A stretch of DNA of 64,000 bases. Origin: a virus. Location of the stretch: the IMG/VR virus record IMGVR_UViG_3300046169_000069; one strand, given 5' to 3'. Made by a program: the position numbers and the translations under genes. A model generated the notes under the pieces. That model was given only the letters and a program-made list of their open reading frames with translations. It was not told the DNA's origin and did not search any database. Position 1 is the stretch's first letter. Every line of letters begins with the position of its first letter. Of this stretch, positions 19,535-30,800 are shown piece after piece.

Positions 19535-21044
19535 TTATACCTCCATATCATCCACGTCTCCGCTTTTTTTCGTTTTCAGCTTCGACTTGTTTTGACATCT
19601 CTTCGATGTCTTCATCATTAAACATCATTACGTTTTTCATTACCCACTCACGTGAGAAGTACTCTCCCACATAACTGGCGATTTGATCCATAGTGGCTAG
19701 TCGTTCTCGCAACAACTCAGAATCTTTTAGTTCTGCGAAGTGGTTGTCTCTAGTGTAGTCAACCTGAATTTGAGTTTTCCACTCTTCCCAGTCTTGTTCT
19801 GTACATACGCCCTTAAGAATAAGTTGTTTCTTAAGAACACCAAGGAACAGGTGCGCAAACTTTTTGCGCAGTCGGTCAATAAACTTTTGGAACTTTACTT
19901 CGTCACGGCCAATTTCTGTTGTACGACCCAAAGAAAACTGTGATTCTTGTTCCAATCGGTTCAAAGGCACGTTTAACGAACGATACAACTTCTTTTGGAA
20001 ATAAATGATATCGTCAATCTGTCCTAGGTTTTCGCCGCCTGGTAGAGTACTTATCTCTGTTCCACGACCACCTTCGCGACGTGGCAACCAAAAGTCCTCT
20101 AACATTGACATATGTTTACGATCGTCTTTGATCTCACCAGAGTTCGCATCATACACAATCTTGTTACGGTATCGCGCCATAATATCTTTGATGTGTTGTT
20201 CGGCCTTACCCTTCGGCAGGTTACCAACATCAATATAGAAGATGCGTCGTTCAGGCGCACGTGCGAGACGATAGATGACCAATGAGTCTTCCATCATGCG
20301 CAATTGGTTTACAGGTTTGATTGCTTTCTGTAGGTAGGATAGGACGCGTTTTTTTGACGCATCCAAAAGACCTGAAGTGACATAAGACACAGAATCTGGT
20401 GTTAACTTAATGCCAGTAGATGCACCACCCTTATCTTGGTAGATGTAAAACTCATTAACTTTATCTACTAACTTTGCCCCAGTTTTCGGATCTTTCTTAT
20501 GTTTTATCTCTTTGACTTTACGAATCTTAGTTGCGTCAATAGGGCGAATCTCTTGGATTCCAGCCTTTAGGTTAGACTCATTAACAACTAAGTGGTGATA
20601 TATGCGACCATCTACATACCAAGAACGGAACATATCGTGTCCATATTCTTCAAAGTTTAACATACCGACGATGTTGTCAAACTCTTCTGTAATAGTCTTT
20701 TTGATTTTATCTCCGGCCTCAACCTTATCTAAATTAAGAGTGACCGAAGATTCTAATTCGGATGAAACGATTGTTTCATTGATAATATCTTCTATCGCAG
20801 CATCACACTCTGGGTGTTCAGCGACCGAACGATATTTTTTGATGAGTTCTGCGTTGTCTTTGGCTGCGCCACCGTCCATGTCGATGTACTGACCAAAATA
20901 AGAACCAGAAGCAGTAACATATCCAGCGCCATCTTCATCGACCTTCGGTACGATAGAGGGCGTCTTGTCATTTTCGTCTTTCATTTTTTGAACGCGTTTT
21001 AGTTCAAATCCGAATGCTTGGAAAATATTTCTTTCGTCTGCCAT
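19535..21044 (-). CDS. gp20: Portal vertex protein (frameshift in the last codons)
   Basis: WYVDGR, KAIKP.NQLRMMEDSLVIYRLARAPERRIFYIDVGNLPK.KAEQ, EDFWLPRREGGRGTEI.TLPGG. Confidence 0.97.
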
Positions 21045-21095
21045 AAAATCCTCGTAATAATAAATGAGGGGGTGGATTAACACCCCCTGTCAACT

Positions 21096-21103
21096 TACTT
21101 ATA
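21096..21103 (-). promoter_or_regulatory. Late promoter variant before gp20
   Basis: TATAAGTA followed by a GGGGGTG/CACCCCC hairpin. Confidence 0.55.
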
Positions 21104-21109
21104 ATACCT

Positions 21110-21634
21110 TTAACTAGTGGTATTTGACTCCCAGTATTGGATTGAAAATGCTACTTCAAACTCTTCTACTGTATCAACTGTATCGTATGATAGGTCGATT
21201 GCAGCAACGCTGTTAGGGAATGCTCCACGGAAGTTATAACTCTTTAGCACACTACCGTCCTTATCTAGTTGATCTACAATAAGATCTGCTTGATAGGCTA
21301 CAGGGTTTGTGAATCCTGTGTTAGCGGTGTGTCCATTCATTCCATTCATCCAACGTTCCATCGCGTTACGGACTTCAAAGCCTGTATCGTTGATTACTGT
21401 AACTGACCAATCTTCAAACGTACGATCACCAGCAATCTTCAACTGGCGACCACGGAATGGTACCTCAACAGCATTGATTGTTGATGCAGGCAACTGTGCG
21501 CCTTTGCACATAAATGAAGTTAGTTCTGCGTTACCACCGGCATACGCTGGGAAATTTAGGGTTACACGGAATAAATTAGGACGTGCACCGCCACCTTTTA
21601 GTTTTGCTTTAAAATCGTCTACTCTTAATGACAT
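21110..21634 (-). CDS. gp19: Tail tube protein
   Basis: GGARPNLF, VPFRGR.LKIAGDRTFEDW.VTVIND. Confidence 0.96.
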   Translation of the reverse strand: MSLRVDDFKAKLKGGGARPNLFRVTLNFPAYAGGNAELTSFMCKGAQLPASTINAVEVPFRGRQLKIAGDRTFEDWSVTVINDTGFEVRNAMERWMNGMNGHTANTGFTNPVAYQADLIVDQLDKDGSVLKSYNFRGAFPNSVAAIDLSYDTVDTVEEFEVAFSIQYWESNTTS

Positions 21635-21645
21635 GATAATTCTCC

Positions 21646-23268
21646 TTAGATTTGTCCGACGACTTCTTCAAAGTCAACACCAGTTCTCACTGCTACAAAG
21701 TTTAGAGTTATGTAGTTGATTGAACGTGCTGGTTTGATAAAGCAAGATGCGACGAATTCGTTGCGGTCAATAACTTCTGGCGTGTTGTTTGTTTCATCAC
21801 ATACAACACGGAAGTCAGTGATACCACGACGACCCTGAACTTCACGTAAGAATGGTTCTACGATGTTTGCGAACTCTGCACGAGTGAACTCATCGTTTAG
21901 TTCGAACATTACGTTCTCTGCCGCTGCAGAAATTGCACGTTCTAGAACTAGGAACAAACGACGTACGTTGATGCGATCAAACGCAGATGGACGTGATAAG
22001 TGAGTCTTGTCACCGTAAAGCATAATGCCCTGGCCAGGGAAACTGACGATTGGGTTAATGCCTGCTTTGTATAGACGATCACGGTCTGTCTTGGATGGAT
22101 TGACTAGAATGTCAGTAACACCCAAGTATTGACCACGACGTGAACCGGCCGGTGAGAACCAAGGCGCATCTGTTACGTCACCTGCAGCCATGATGCCTGC
22201 AGTTGATGATGCCGCTGGAATGTTCTCGTACTTATCGTTGAACTTGTCATAGACCTTCAACCAGTTGCCGTCGACAACTAGGTACGATGAATTCTGTTTT
22301 AAATTTGATACGTGCGTTAACATTGCGTCTACAGTTAGAGTACCAGTAAATGATGGAGAAACGACTGCGATACAATCTTTACGTTGTGTTGCGATACTAA
22401 CCAATTCTTGTTGAATTGCGATGGCATCCCCTTGACCACCTGCTGGTGGGACCAAGAAGTCGATCTGGATAGTGTCCTTATCATCGAACACACCATATGC
22501 TGAGACATAATTTGGTTCAGTGAGAAGAGTTGTACCATCTTTACCGCCAGATAGAGTCTTCGTGGTTGGCCAAGCAACTGGTACGCCCGATAGACTTATC
22601 CAAGAAGAACTCTCGTTTACAACATCTGTGACGAAGTTAGTTGAACCATTGTCTAGTTTATCAGTTGGGTCGGTTGAAACATATGCAAATGTATCTACAA
22701 CCTCGCCATCTACAAGTACGGCAATGTGTAGTTCATTTTCTTCTGGTGCTGAAGAGAAAAGACCTTGATAATCCCAAGGGACTACTTTACCGTCAGAATC
22801 AAGAACTGGTGTAGCATTCCCAGCAGAGTCTAAAACTACAGCTCCATCTGAGTCTCGGACAAGTTCGATCCAAGTCGTTTCATCACAAACTTCTACTGTA
22901 ATAGAGTTGCCTAATTCGCCCGGATACTTTGCTTCGAACAATTTTGGTGAAGTTGGATCAGTTGGGTCCGTTAGAACGTGTGCAGCTGCAGAACCGTCTT
23001 TGGATGCACGTACAACGAATGCGCTTGAAGAGTATTTTAAGAAATGCGCGACAGACAAAAAATCGCCTACGTATGCATCTCCCGCGAGAGGAGTCCCGAA
23101 AGTGGACGCTAGTTCTGTTTCTGTACCGACAAGAACAGGCGTGTTTACAGGGCCCCAGTTGAAGTCACCGACAAAAGCGCCCGTAGTAGATGTGACCGAT
23201 GGAACAACTCCAGTTAGGTCAATCTCACGAACATTTACTGCTGGCGACTCTGAAAATTTAAGAGCCAT
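21646..23268 (-). CDS. gp18: Tail sheath protein
   Basis: SP.V.VREIDLT, WFSPAG..RG, SAFDRINVRRLF, FE.NDEFTR, IKPARSINYITLNF.A. Confidence 0.97.
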   Translation of the reverse strand: MALKFSESPAVNVREIDLTGVVPSVTSTTGAFVGDFNWGPVNTPVLVGTETELASTFGTPLAGDAYVGDFLSVAHFLKYSSSAFVVRASKDGSAAAHVLTDPTDPTSPKLFEAKYPGELGNSITVEVCDETTWIELVRDSDGAVVLDSAGNATPVLDSDGKVVPWDYQGLFSSAPEENELHIAVLVDGEVVDTFAYVSTDPTDKLDNGSTNFVTDVVNESSSWISLSGVPVAWPTTKTLSGGKDGTTLLTEPNYVSAYGVFDDKDTIQIDFLVPPAGGQGDAIAIQQELVSIATQRKDCIAVVSPSFTGTLTVDAMLTHVSNLKQNSSYLVVDGNWLKVYDKFNDKYENIPAASSTAGIMAAGDVTDAPWFSPAGSRRGQYLGVTDILVNPSKTDRDRLYKAGINPIVSFPGQGIMLYGDKTHLSRPSAFDRINVRRLFLVLERAISAAAENVMFELNDEFTRAEFANIVEPFLREVQGRRGITDFRVVCDETNNTPEVIDRNEFVASCFIKPARSINYITLNFVAVRTGVDFEEVVGQI

Positions 23269-23332
23269 AATAGTTTCCTTTTGTTAAGGTATAATAAGAG
23301 ATCATAATACGGAGTAATTATTTCAATGTAAC

Positions 23333-23340
23333 TATTTATA
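23333..23340 (-). promoter_or_regulatory. T4-type late promoter
   Basis: TATAAATA upstream of gp18. Confidence 0.8.
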
Positions 23341-23352
23341 ATAACGCGATTT

Positions 23353-24960
23353 TTACCAATCTTCGGGGTCATATTTAGCCCATTGCATACTATATGGGTC
23401 ATATGGTTCTGACGGAGGCACATAATGATTTCCGTCGTCTATAATGCCAAACGGAGGCACGTCGTCTTCAATCTCTCTCATCCGTTGATCAAATAACATC
23501 TGCTTTATATTCACGTCTGTCATATCACCGAAAGACTGTGTCCCTACGAAGTATCCAAACATCACTAGGTTCATCATCAAGTCGTCGTGGTTGCCGTCAC
23601 TGGCCTCAAACGACTGTCCCTTAGACACAAACGTAGAGATCTCCATAATCGTATTCTCATCTACGATATCAAGTTTATGATTCTCGATAATATCCTTGAT
23701 GGCGGAACATCCGATACGTTTTACCTTGCGGTCCATACGAATGCCGATCGCATCGGCCTTCACTGCAGACTCAAGGTGAATGTTCTCGTACTCTAGATCT
23801 TGATACAAACCCACACAAGTCACCATACCCTGATCGTTATTCTCAATGACAGTGTATGCCTCGTTATAAAGGGTGGCGTACTTGTAAATTATATTCGGAA
23901 AAAGTATTGGAGATATTCTATTGTTACGATATACACACACCTGTTTGAAAGGTTGTACCGAAACATCTATTATATTAAATGTAGAATAATCTTGACCACG
24001 GCCTTGACAGACATCTACTGTCATGATATACTGGTGTTCTTCAATAACATCTTCATAAACTAATAAGTCGCCACCTTCTAGTCTACGTTTAGGTTCTCTA
24101 GCCCGTAAATCTAATAATATCTGGCCTTCAATTAGAGTATTGCCAGTACCAAAAAAAGTGTTGCCAAATTCTTGGTCAAACTGTAAACTAGAGGTATTGG
24201 CAATGGTTTGTTCTTTCCACTTTTCATTTCGGCCAGGCACATCCCACCAATCTACACGGAATGGTTTGTATTCGTTCACTCCTTGTACGGCACCTTCCCA
24301 TATCTTGTGATAGGTATTTCCGATACCGTTCGCAGTACTTGTTATGATAACTTTTGTATCTTTACCAGATGAGATTACTGGATATGTGGATGTGTAAAAC
24401 TCAGCGGCATTCTCTACGAACGCAAACTCATCTAGGAACAATAAGTTGACCGACATACCACGAATAGATGAACCAGAGGTTGCAGCTGCAATAATACGAC
24501 TATTATTACTGAATTCCAAAGACCCCTTGTTGAGTGCCTTACACCCTGGCTGTAAGAAGAACGGTAGGTTCTCAAGCATAAGTGTGACACGTGCCAACAT
24601 CTCTCTTGCAGTCATACCTTTGTTTGCAAGGATCGCGATAGTCTTCTCTGGGTGAAAGAGTGCGTACCACAACAGATAACCGACCGAACTGATAGACTTA
24701 CCCGACTGACGACATGCCAATACGATGTTGAATCGGTTATCGTTGAAGTGTTCAAACATCTTTTCCTGATACGGATAGAGTTTGAATGGCACGAGACCTT
24801 TATCTAGGTGAATGACCTTGACGTACTTGCGACAGAAATACGATGGGTCCTTCATGCATTTCTTATACTCGCGCAGCTTCTTGGCGTCCCATTCTTCTGC
24901 GACACCATCTTTCTTAACTAACGGATTACCTAGGTAGGAGTTCTTTGTATAACTACTCAT
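23353..24960 (-). CDS. gp17: Terminase large subunit
   Basis: YLGNP, RQSGKS, LFLDEFAF, ITSTANG, HDDLMM. Confidence 0.97.
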   Translation of the reverse strand: MSSYTKNSYLGNPLVKKDGVAEEWDAKKLREYKKCMKDPSYFCRKYVKVIHLDKGLVPFKLYPYQEKMFEHFNDNRFNIVLACRQSGKSISSVGYLLWYALFHPEKTIAILANKGMTAREMLARVTLMLENLPFFLQPGCKALNKGSLEFSNNSRIIAAATSGSSIRGMSVNLLFLDEFAFVENAAEFYTSTYPVISSGKDTKVIITSTANGIGNTYHKIWEGAVQGVNEYKPFRVDWWDVPGRNEKWKEQTIANTSSLQFDQEFGNTFFGTGNTLIEGQILLDLRAREPKRRLEGGDLLVYEDVIEEHQYIMTVDVCQGRGQDYSTFNIIDVSVQPFKQVCVYRNNRISPILFPNIIYKYATLYNEAYTVIENNDQGMVTCVGLYQDLEYENIHLESAVKADAIGIRMDRKVKRIGCSAIKDIIENHKLDIVDENTIMEISTFVSKGQSFEASDGNHDDLMMNLVMFGYFVGTQSFGDMTDVNIKQMLFDQRMREIEDDVPPFGIIDDGNHYVPPSEPYDPYSMQWAKYDPEDW

Positions 24961-25342
24961 CTTCGTCGTCGTGGTCTATAGTTTTTTCATCACCCATCAG
25001 CATACGCTGTAATTCTGTAGTAGACCCGACAAATAGATTATTATTAGTAGTTGTTGCTTCGGCAGGTTTGTCTTCTTTCTGAAGTTCTTTCTGTTTCTTG
25101 TTGAGATCCATCAACTTGTCATTGACATCTGCGATGCCTTTGATCATGCCAGACAGAACCTCAAACGCACGAGGGTGTTCGCTCTCACGTGCGACTTCAA
25201 TCATGAGTTCTAGTGACTCACGACCTTTCTCAATTAGGTCATAGTAAGTGTCACGAGAGTACTCATAGTCCTGTTCGTGCACGAAGTTTTTCTTCTGTTC
25301 TTCGTCAAATAACGCTGGTGGCTTACGACGATCTGTCATCAT
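24953..25342 (-). CDS. gp16: Terminase small subunit
   Basis: DYEYSR..Y..LIEKG, ESEHPRAFEV, NNNLFVGSTTELQ. Confidence 0.95.
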   Translation of the reverse strand: MMTDRRKPPALFDEEQKKNFVHEQDYEYSRDTYYDLIEKGRESLELMIEVARESEHPRAFEVLSGMIKGIADVNDKLMDLNKKQKELQKEDKPAEATTTNNNLFVGSTTELQRMLMGDEKTIDHDDEDE

Positions 25343-26112
25343 GTCTCACTCGTGAAATCATTATCATTTATCACAGTTGAAAATCCATAATCACTGTCTG
25401 GACTCACATCAATAGGGTTTGGGGTTACTTGAACATTTTCAATGAAACCTCCTGTATCTATAAGATTGATATTGGTGTTAACTTCACGAATAATTGGAGC
25501 TGAATTTTCTGGGCCATAGAAGTTCACACGCATATCAAATGTCATGTTATATATGATAGTACGTCTCTGTTCTACGGGACCCTCAAAGTCGTCTTGAAAA
25601 TCAACACTCGTTAGTGAAATGGGAATGTCTTCTTTTATTTCTGGTTGATCAGAAAAAGGTTTGACTGACAATGTATACTGCGGCGCAAAGTATGGCAGGA
25701 TTTGTTCTACCACCTGAAGCGCATCATCCTGAGATCGTGCGTAAACACTTAACTGAAATGACAAAGTATATGGTACGCCGACATAGTATTTGTCTGCAAG
25801 TTGACTGCCGTCTGCAACGGTAAAGTGATTAAGTTTGGGTAGTTGTCTCTGTGCGTCGTATGCAATAGAAACGATCTCAAATGACATGCGCGGGAGCTTT
25901 AACGCAACCCTACGTTCAGCACTCTCGCCCTGTGACATCTCTTCTAGTCGTTCAATAAACGATCTAGCCGGTGCATAAGATAGAGGAACCTTTACCTGCG
26001 ACAACACTTTACCCGCAGAGTTTGTTCTTAAAATATTAATATCATCAAACATAGAACCGAATAAAGCCACGCAAGACCTAACTCGTTTATGATAAAAGTG
26101 TCCGCCCATCAT
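25339..26112 (-). CDS. gp15: Tail sheath stabiliser / terminator
   Basis: HFYH...FG..F..I, VPLSYAP, LPRMSFE, QVVEQILPYF.P. Confidence 0.95.
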   Translation of the reverse strand: MMGGHFYHKRVRSCVALFGSMFDDINILRTNSAGKVLSQVKVPLSYAPARSFIERLEEMSQGESAERRVALKLPRMSFEIVSIAYDAQRQLPKLNHFTVADGSQLADKYYVGVPYTLSFQLSVYARSQDDALQVVEQILPYFAPQYTLSVKPFSDQPEIKEDIPISLTSVDFQDDFEGPVEQRRTIIYNMTFDMRVNFYGPENSAPIIREVNTNINLIDTGGFIENVQVTPNPIDVSPDSDYGFSTVINDNDFTSET

Positions 26113-26996
26113 TAGAATATATCTCCAAACGGATTGGATTCTGAGAAATCAACAAAGTCATTTGCCCAATCGTCAAACACTTCCTTCTGTGATAAACGAT
26201 CAATCTCGTTGATTCCTTCCTCTTCAGAAATAGGTGTCAATGATGCATTCTCGCCAATAACAGGTCTGTCTGTTGACCATTCGTGATACTTACCGTCTGT
26301 TGCGCCTGTGTGTGCAATCTTTAACATGCGTGTATTACTATTCCATGTGGTGACCTCACCCTCAAGTCGAAAATCATCAAACTCTTGATAAACATTTTCA
26401 CCCGACAAGTAGTAAGATTCGTCTCCTTCAACTTTGCCTGGCATCTGAAGTTCGTATTGGAATGCGCCTTCAGCCTCAACGTTGTCAATGACTGGAATGC
26501 CAGTATCAAAGTCCTCATCGGAGAATTCAAACAACTCACATTGCATACGGAAAAGAGGCAGTTGGGATAGTTGATAAAACGGAGATTCTGTATAGACGCG
26601 TTTGACCTCGAAAAGAGATTCTGATAGAGGCAAGTATATTACATCGCCCTCACGTGGCCGGAACTGTGCGTCAGAAAGACGATCACCAATCAAACTTTTC
26701 CATCTGCGTCGTGCGATAACAAATGTAGCTGCTTGATCACGCAACTCGATGCCGAACTTAGTGAACAGATCGCCTTCGCCTTCGAAACCTTCTGCGTTCT
26801 CGATGTACACCTCAACTTTGTAGGCGTCAGAGAACTGAGACTGAATACTATCTAAGAAGATGTCTTCTCTCTCGACCACTTCGCGTGGGAGATAGTAAAC
26901 ATCCTGACCATAGAACTGAATCGCCTCAATGAGAATGTCCTCATAGAGGTCCTGTTCTTGTCTGTTTTTTAAACTAATATATGGATTAGTAGCCAT
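26112..26996 (-). CDS. gp14: Neck protein
   Basis: EQ.LYED...E.IQ.YG.DVYYLPR, KFG.E.RD, RP.EGD.IY.PL, FSESNPFG. Confidence 0.95.
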   Translation of the reverse strand: MATNPYISLKNRQEQDLYEDILIEAIQFYGQDVYYLPREVVEREDIFLDSIQSQFSDAYKVEVYIENAEGFEGEGDLFTKFGIELRDQAATFVIARRRWKSLIGDRLSDAQFRPREGDVIYLPLSESLFEVKRVYTESPFYQLSQLPLFRMQCELFEFSDEDFDTGIPVIDNVEAEGAFQYELQMPGKVEGDESYYLSGENVYQEFDDFRLEGEVTTWNSNTRMLKIAHTGATDGKYHEWSTDRPVIGENASLTPISEEEGINEIDRLSQKEVFDDWANDFVDFSESNPFGDIF

Positions 26997-26999
26997 GTC

Positions 27000-27770
27000 T
27001 TACCCCATGAAGAACATTGGACCTTCATCTTCGTCCGTACGAAAACGTTCAATTATTCTCTCGATGTCTGAAAGTGCATCTTCGTAAATAAGACGTGCGT
27101 TGACAGTAACACCGCCAGGCAATGCCATACCATCGAACTTGATTAGGTTGAGTCCCCATTGACGTTTGATCAATGCGGTTGCATACTCTTTTAGAAAACG
27201 ATGATTCCAAAGTGAGTTATATTCCGTAACAGACTCATCTGGATCACGGATAGTATAGACCTCAAATACAATATAATCATGCAGTTCTAGTTTCGTTTTA
27301 GAAACATGTAGATTAACACGATTATACTGACGATCAAATGTGATCTGAGGCATACCACCAAGTTTCATATCTAGGAGTGATAACTGTTGTTGCATTTGTT
27401 CATAGTGTGCAAGGTCACCCAAAATTCCGCCGTTACGAGTAAAGTCGGAAATGGTGTAGGCCATAACCTGCCATGCATCACTAAACCACCCTGAGTGTGC
27501 AGAACTAAATGTTACTGGCACCATACGAACAACCGCAGACAGATCTAGATTATCTGGAAAATCAACATACTGATTTTCGATATCCTGTTCGGTTAATTGG
27601 TGTTTTAGATAATATCTTTTAGAACCATCGGGGTGATTTTCACGAAACCACTGCAACGCCTCATCAATACGATCATCTAACTGTTCTTCGTCAATGTTTA
27701 CTTCTACTACTGGATGGCCCAGTGCGCGTAGACAGTAATCAATTAACTCTTCTCTAGTTGTAGAATACAT
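27000..27770 (-). CDS. gp13: Neck protein
   Basis: L..YCLR.LG.PV.EVN....Q..DRIDEALQ, KEYATALIKRQWG.NL.KF.G..LPGGVT.N. Confidence 0.95.
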   Translation of the reverse strand: MYSTTREELIDYCLRALGHPVVEVNIDEEQLDDRIDEALQWFRENHPDGSKRYYLKHQLTEQDIENQYVDFPDNLDLSAVVRMVPVTFSSAHSGWFSDAWQVMAYTISDFTRNGGILGDLAHYEQMQQQLSLLDMKLGGMPQITFDRQYNRVNLHVSKTKLELHDYIVFEVYTIRDPDESVTEYNSLWNHRFLKEYATALIKRQWGLNLIKFDGMALPGGVTVNARLIYEDALSDIERIIERFRTDEDEGPMFFMG

Positions 27771-27798
27771 GTCAGTTTCCGAAATTGGTTTACTGTTC

Positions 27799-27806
27799 TA
27801 TTTATA
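27799..27806 (-). promoter_or_regulatory. T4-type late promoter
   Basis: TATAAATA upstream of gp13. Confidence 0.8.
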
Positions 27807-27819
27807 CGTTTTTTAAAGT

Positions 27820-27846
27820 AAAAAAAAGGGAGTCCGAAGACTCCCT
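27820..27846 (-). terminator. Intrinsic terminator after giant fibre gene
   Basis: GGGAGTC-TTCG-GACTCCC followed by T8; same hairpin as after gp23. Confidence 0.92.
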
Positions 27847-27866
27847 TGTTAAACACTAATGTGTGA

Positions 27867-30800
27867 TTAGTTGACTAGGTTACCGGCAGCGTCATAGACG
27901 TTGATACGGTAGTATGTAGGAGCTTGTCCACCCAGTGCGTTCGCGTCATGCGATTCCGCAACTGTTAGTGATGAAGCAGCTTCTACTTCGTCAATTGAAA
28001 TCTCACCAGTTGTTGAGTTGTAGTCGATACATAGACCACCAGATAGACAATCCTTAGTACGTTGTTCTGTCCAGTACTTGTTGATTGATCCTTCTGATAG
28101 GTTGTCTGTTGTCCAACTATTGATAGTTCCAACATTTGTTTCTAGTGAAGTGATGCGTGAACCATTACTACTGATTAGACCAGATAACGTTCCATCTACT
28201 GACTGGAATTCTGCAACGATCTCTGTTAGAGAATCTAGTGATGCAGAGTCAGTGTTAGATACGATGAAGTCAATCTGAGACTGTAGACTTGCGTCTGCAG
28301 ATACACGAGCACTTTCTTCAGCAGAGATATCACTTGACAGTGCACTTTCTGCAGCAGTCGCACGGGCAACTTCAGCAGCTAGTGAATCAGTCAGATCAGA
28401 ATCACCCGCGATGCGAGCATCTTCTTCTTGACTTAACTGGAACTGTAGTGAACTCTTACCTGCAGTCTCTTCCGCAGACAATGCGTCAATCTGAGATTGT
28501 AGTTCTGCGTCAGCAGAGTCACGATCAGATTCAGATGCAACGATTGCAGCCGCACGTGCGTTCTGTTCTGCGGTAATCGCAGCAGCACGAGCAGTTGATT
28601 CTGCAGTAATCGCATCCGCATTCACCTGTACCGCAGCAACACGCGCCACTGTCTCAGCAGAGATAGCGTTTGCGTTAGACGTTGTTGCAAGTTCAGTTGC
28701 GTCCATCTCACTTTCTAGAGTTGAAACACGTGCAGTCAATGCACTTGCGTCACCACCTAGATTAGAGATTACGGTCTGTAGATCAGAGTCAGCATCTTCA
28801 AATGCCGCGACAACTTCAACCAACTGGTTCAGAGTTTCTGGAGAACCGTTTGTGATTGCAGTTACTGCCGCATCTACCGCATTGATGTTCGCCTGAAGTG
28901 CATTGTCAGCAGATGTTCTTGCTAACTCTTCAGCATCAATTGCAGACTGAAGTACTGCATCAGCCGCGATACGTGCGTTCTCTTCTGCAGTGATTGCAGA
29001 CTGTAGACCTTGGTCAGATAGGATACGAGCAGACTGTTCTGAGTCTAGTAGTGACTGTAGAACACCTTCCGCAGCAGTTGCACGGGCAACTTCTACATCT
29101 AGTCCAGACTGTAACGACGCATCACCAGCAACACGTAGTGCAGCTTCAACAGCGATGTCTGAGTCTAGATCTTCTCTCATTGACTGATCTGCAGCAGAAC
29201 GTGCCGCAACTTCAGAAGTGATCTGAGATTGTAGATCTGTTTCAACACCAGTCGCACGTGTCTCTTCCGCGTCGATTGCACTTTGTAGTACACCTTCAGC
29301 AGTTAGGGCACGTGTCTCTTCTGCAGTAATCGCAGCAGCATTCGCTGTGTGTGATCCTGCGTTAGATGAGATTAGTGTCTGTAGATCAGAATCTGCGTTC
29401 TCAAATGCAGCGACAACTTCTACGATTGTATCTAGTGAGTCCGAAGAACCATTTAGAATCGCGTCAACACGTCCACTTACTGTGTCGATGTTAGACTGTA
29501 GAGTATTATCTGCAGTAGTACGTGCTGTACCTTCGTCAACAACCGCTTGTGCGTTAACCGCTTCAGCCGCAGTTGCACGAACGATCTCAGCATCGATCGC
29601 AGACTGTAGGTCTGAATCAGCGTCAGCACGAGTACTTGCTTCTGCAGCTTCTGCCGCTAGAGCACGTGACTCTTCCGCAGAGATGTCAGATGCAAGTGCC
29701 GCTTCCGCAGACGTTGCACGAGAGATCTCGTTAGCCAAGTTAGTTGTCAATACACCTTCTGCAGTTGTCGCACGAGATTCCTCGTTTGAAATCGCAGTAG
29801 AAAGTAGTGCATTTAGATCACTATCAGCTTCATCAACATATCGCTTGTTTGCAGCAAGATTTGCTGAAGTTGGTTCGTCAACGATTACTTGTGAACCACC
29901 GAAGTGTACTAGACCATCTTGCCAATCAATAGTTGATCCTGGCTGTTCTACCTTTAGTGTTCCTTCAACTACGATTTGGTTAGAAGCAATACGACCTTGA
30001 ATGTAATCAGTGAACTCGTAGTCTGTTCCGTTCCACTTCAAGAACTCACCAGAATCCGCAGCAGAAACATTCAAGTGTTGGTCGATCTCTGCCTTAGTAG
30101 CATTACCGAAACCACCACCAATGATTGTTGATGAACCGAAGTTTACTATAGAACCTTCGAAATCAACAGTTCCTGTTTGAACTTTCAGGTCATTCGATTC
30201 AATCGTGTCAATGAATGCACGGTTAGCGTAAACATCATTAACATCCTTGATGTTGTTCTGACCCATCTCAATGCCTACTGACAATGCGACATTAGAGTCG
30301 GAATCTACACTGATACCTGCAGTACGTGCGTTCGTTGCAGCAATTGCACTTGCATTTGAGGCCACCATTGTGGTAACGTCACTATCTGCGTCTTGGAATG
30401 CAGAGACTAGTTCAGTCAATGAATCCAATGCAGCTGGATCAGTATTTTCCTTAATGAAGTCAATCTGTGTCTGCAAGTCAGAGTCAGCAGCAACACGAGC
30501 ACTTGTCTCTGCAGATTCTGCAGCAGTTGCACGAGCAACTTCAGTAGCAAGATCAGCAGTTAGTACTGCGTCAGCCGCGGTACGTAGTGCAGCCTCATCT
30601 GAGTCAGCGTTCGCACGATCAGTTGCTTCAGTTGCAATTGCAGCAGCATTCTGCGAAATTGTTGAAGCGTTCGCAGTAATTAGGTTTTGGATATTGCTAT
30701 CCGCACCTTCAAATGCACTTACAACCTCTACAACAGTGTCTAGTGATTCAACAGAACCATTTAGAATCGCGTCGATACGAGCATTTGCAGCGTCAATGTT

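Noticed and set aside
23353-24960. Intein or intron in terminase, polymerase, portal or helicase
   Set aside because: Lengths and motif spacing are normal, and no homing endonuclease or splicing motifs were seen.
15172-27846. Identical GGGAGTCTTCGGACTCCC hairpins as mobile-element ends
   Set aside because: Both are ordinary UUCG-loop intrinsic terminators placed after highly expressed late genes and just before late promoters.
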